A stretch of 61,117 nt of DNA from a virus. Lineage: Duplodnaviria; Caudoviricetes. Location: positions 1-61,117 of the IMG/VR virus record IMGVR_UViG_3300030330_002046. The stretch is one strand, 5' to 3'. The notes below the pieces were generated by a model. That model was not told the DNA's origin, searched no databases, and was given only the letters and a program-made list of their open reading frames with translations. The position numbers were made by a program, and so were the translations under genes. Numbering within the stretch: the stretch's first letter is position 1; each line of letters starts with the position of its first letter. Below, one piece after another: positions 59,409 through 61,117 of the stretch.

Positions 59409-59792
59409 ATGGGATATTATAGTGAAGTGTACATAGCAGTACCAAAAAAAGCTGAAGCTGAAATGGACAAGGCAATGAATAGTAATAACTTACTTACTAA
59501 GCCTCAGTTTGAAACAAGTCCATCATTTAAAAAGTATGACCACATACAAAAGTGGTCAGAGTATAAAGATAATCAGAGAATTGAAACGTCAAGAGAACTT
59601 GTAATATACGAGGGATTTTGGCTCAAGTGGTATCCTGAGTACAAAGACGTTCAAGCAGTCACAAGCGTGGTTGAAAACCACGAAGATGATGGAGCGTGTA
59701 TCGTGTGCGTAGGCGAAGATGGTGCAGTCCATTCTAACACCGGAGAGTACGATGATGTATTCAATGTTTATGTAAAAGTAGAATTAACTTAA
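59409..59792 (+). CDS. Hypothetical phage protein
   Basis: MGYYSEV...WLKWYPEYKDV...VGED; ATG 22 nt after the HHR5 cut site. Confidence 0.75.
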   Translation: MGYYSEVYIAVPKKAEAEMDKAMNSNNLLTKPQFETSPSFKKYDHIQKWSEYKDNQRIETSRELVIYEGFWLKWYPEYKDVQAVTSVVENHEDDGACIVCVGEDGAVHSNTGEYDDVFNVYVKVELT

Positions 59793-59803
59793 ATTAAAAT
59801 CAG

Positions 59804-60325
59804 ATGAGTATAATTAATAACAAAAAAGATAGCGAAGACTATATTAAAAATCATACAACAACAGAATCTAAAATTATGGAAAACAAGACAATTGAATGGG
59901 GGTGGGAAAAAAGTCAGCCCTCAAACATGAGAAGCAAAGAACATCAAGCGTTCTTAATCAAGGAGTACAACAAGAATAGACCGGAGCATCTGCAAGTTAA
60001 AGATATGGCAGAGTTGAACAGAGCCTTGTTAGATACTGAGGTTAAGTATCTTGGTATGCGTAGCGTAACTATTACAGAGCGTAGAGTATACCATAAGGTT
60101 GGTAAGGTTACCATAGAGTTGCCTAAAGACTTACCATTAGACCAAACTGATGAGTGGTTGGAGAAGAATACTCAGAAGTGGGAACAAGAGTTGGACAATC
60201 AGTTTAATACTGCTAAGCTTGAGTTTGGAACCGGTGTTTTAGAATGTGATGGTATGTCATATGAAAGTGCAGACAGAGAGACAAGATACGATGTCAACGG
60301 AGAAAGCTTCGGAGGTCACGTCTAA
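59804..60325 (+). CDS. Hypothetical protein (start uncertain)
   Basis: 173-aa ORF; second plausible ATG at 59876. Confidence 0.7.
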   Translation: MSIINNKKDSEDYIKNHTTTESKIMENKTIEWGWEKSQPSNMRSKEHQAFLIKEYNKNRPEHLQVKDMAELNRALLDTEVKYLGMRSVTITERRVYHKVGKVTIELPKDLPLDQTDEWLEKNTQKWEQELDNQFNTAKLEFGTGVLECDGMSYESADRETRYDVNGESFGGHV

Positions 60326-60341
60326 AAAAAAGTACAATAAA

Positions 60342-60374
60342 ATTTGGTAGTGTCTAAATTTTGTTGTATATTTG
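60342..60374 (+). promoter_or_regulatory. Promoter of the GATase-GGCT gene
   Basis: TTTG near 60342-60345 and TATATTTG at 60367-60374. Confidence 0.7.
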
Positions 60375-60440
60375 TACAAATCAAATACAATTAATCAGAG
60401 GTCAGTCCGTTCAGACGGACTCCTCGCAAACAAAAAACTT

Positions 60441-61117
60441 ATGTGCGTAATTATTATTAAGCAAAAGCAAAAGATGATGTCAAGAGAGATTGCAAAGACA
60501 TCAGCAAGAATCAATCCTCATGGATTGGGTATCGTGTGGTTAGATACATTCGAGGTAACCTACCACAAATCAAAAGACTACAATGTCTTATTAACAGAGC
60601 GACCATTCATTGCTCACTTTAGATATGCTACTGTAGGTGCTATCAACAAGGACAATACACACCCATTTCAGTGTGGTAAAAACAAAGATGAATGGCTAAT
60701 GATGAATGGTACAATACATGGTATGGGTAATGCTCAGATGTGTGACTCAAAAGTATTGGCTATTGCTTTAGGTCAGATGCCACGACAAACTTGGAAGAAA
60801 GAGTTGTCTAAGTATGAGTGCCGGTTTGTTGCAGTCAATACTCGGAATCGTTCGTTCCAAATATTCAACAAGCATCTTTACACATACAAGGACGGCATTT
60901 GGTATTCAAAAGCCAATGTGCTTCAAGAGAATCTTGTAGCAGTGTATGGTACACTAAAGAAAGGATACTCTAACTACAACACCTACCTACGTAATGCAAA
61001 GTATGTAGGTAGTGGAGTTACTAAGGACAAGTACCCTTTAGTTATCAAAGGTCTGCCTTACATGGTGGATAAGAAAGGTGTAGGTCACAATGTTGAGGTT
61101 GATGTGTTCAAGGTAAG
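60441..61117 (+). CDS. Class II (Ntn) glutamine amidotransferase fused to gamma-glutamylcyclotransferase; continues across the join to 516 (366 aa total); not in ORF track
   Basis: MC start, NPHGLG, IAHFRYATVG, NTHPF, MNGTI, CDS; then GGCT motif VAVYGTLKKGYSNY. Confidence 0.88.
   Translation, partial: MCVIIIKQKQKMMSREIAKTSARINPHGLGIVWLDTFEVTYHKSKDYNVLLTERPFIAHFRYATVGAINKDNTHPFQCGKNKDEWLMMNGTIHGMGNAQMCDSKVLAIALGQMPRQTWKKELSKYECRFVAVNTRNRSFQIFNKHLYTYKDGIWYSKANVLQENLVAVYGTLKKGYSNYNTYLRNAKYVGSGVTKDKYPLVIKGLPYMVDKKGVGHNVEVDVFKV

Larger units (their letters stand above)
719..60420. repeat. Dispersed 16-bp palindrome GTCCGTTnnAACGGAC, 15 copies found
   Basis: Starts at 719, 3532, 7436, 10071, 17842, 31235, 55095, 56030, 56276, 57282, 57702 (GACGGAC), 58482, 58884, 59364, 60405 (GACGGAC). 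Confidence 0.92.

Noticed and set aside
55995-60420. CRISPR array or integron attC array made of the palindromic repeats
   Set aside because: Spacing is irregular (about 250-1050 nt) with whole genes between; no cas or integrase gene; the units fold as hammerheads
61026-61117. Biological terminal repeat of the virion DNA
   Set aside because: It falls mid-gene and looks like an assembler overlap; it supports circularity only
1-61117. Stop-codon recoding, introns/inteins, or a diversity-generating retroelement
   Set aside because: Core genes are intact in the standard code, no clear insertions were seen, and there is no reverse transcriptase

Overview
The window is an apparently complete, circularly assembled tailed-phage genome of about 61,025 bp (bases 61026-61117 repeat bases 1-92). 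The host is very probably a Bacteroidota/Flavobacteriia cell: TAnnTTTG promoters, AT-rich leaders without Shine-Dalgarno, a VirE_N-type primase and a T9SS sorting domain. The + strand arm (55381 through the join to ~10000) carries early and replication genes: amidoligase, a GATase-II/GGCT fusion split by the join, Sak3-like recombinase, exonuclease, SSB-like protein, primase-helicase, SF2 helicase and nucleases. The - strand arm (54856 to 10321) carries GroEL/GroES, PhoH, tail, lysis, terminase, portal, capsid and podovirus-like ejection proteins. No DNA polymerase, RNA polymerase, integrase, tRNA or CRISPR array was recognised. The main result is non-coding. Five hammerhead ribozymes (four type I, one type III) sit at gene junctions of the early operon. 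The type I copies start in the upstream stop codon, cut 19-24 nt before the next ATG, share stem I, and carry in stem III a 16-bp palindrome (GTCCGTTnnAACGGAC) found at least 15 times genome-wide, including in terminators and inside two CDSs. A separate ~70-nt promoter-terminator unit is antisense to the leader and start codon of the GATase-GGCT gene. All calls are by eye from motifs and base pairing; no searches were run.
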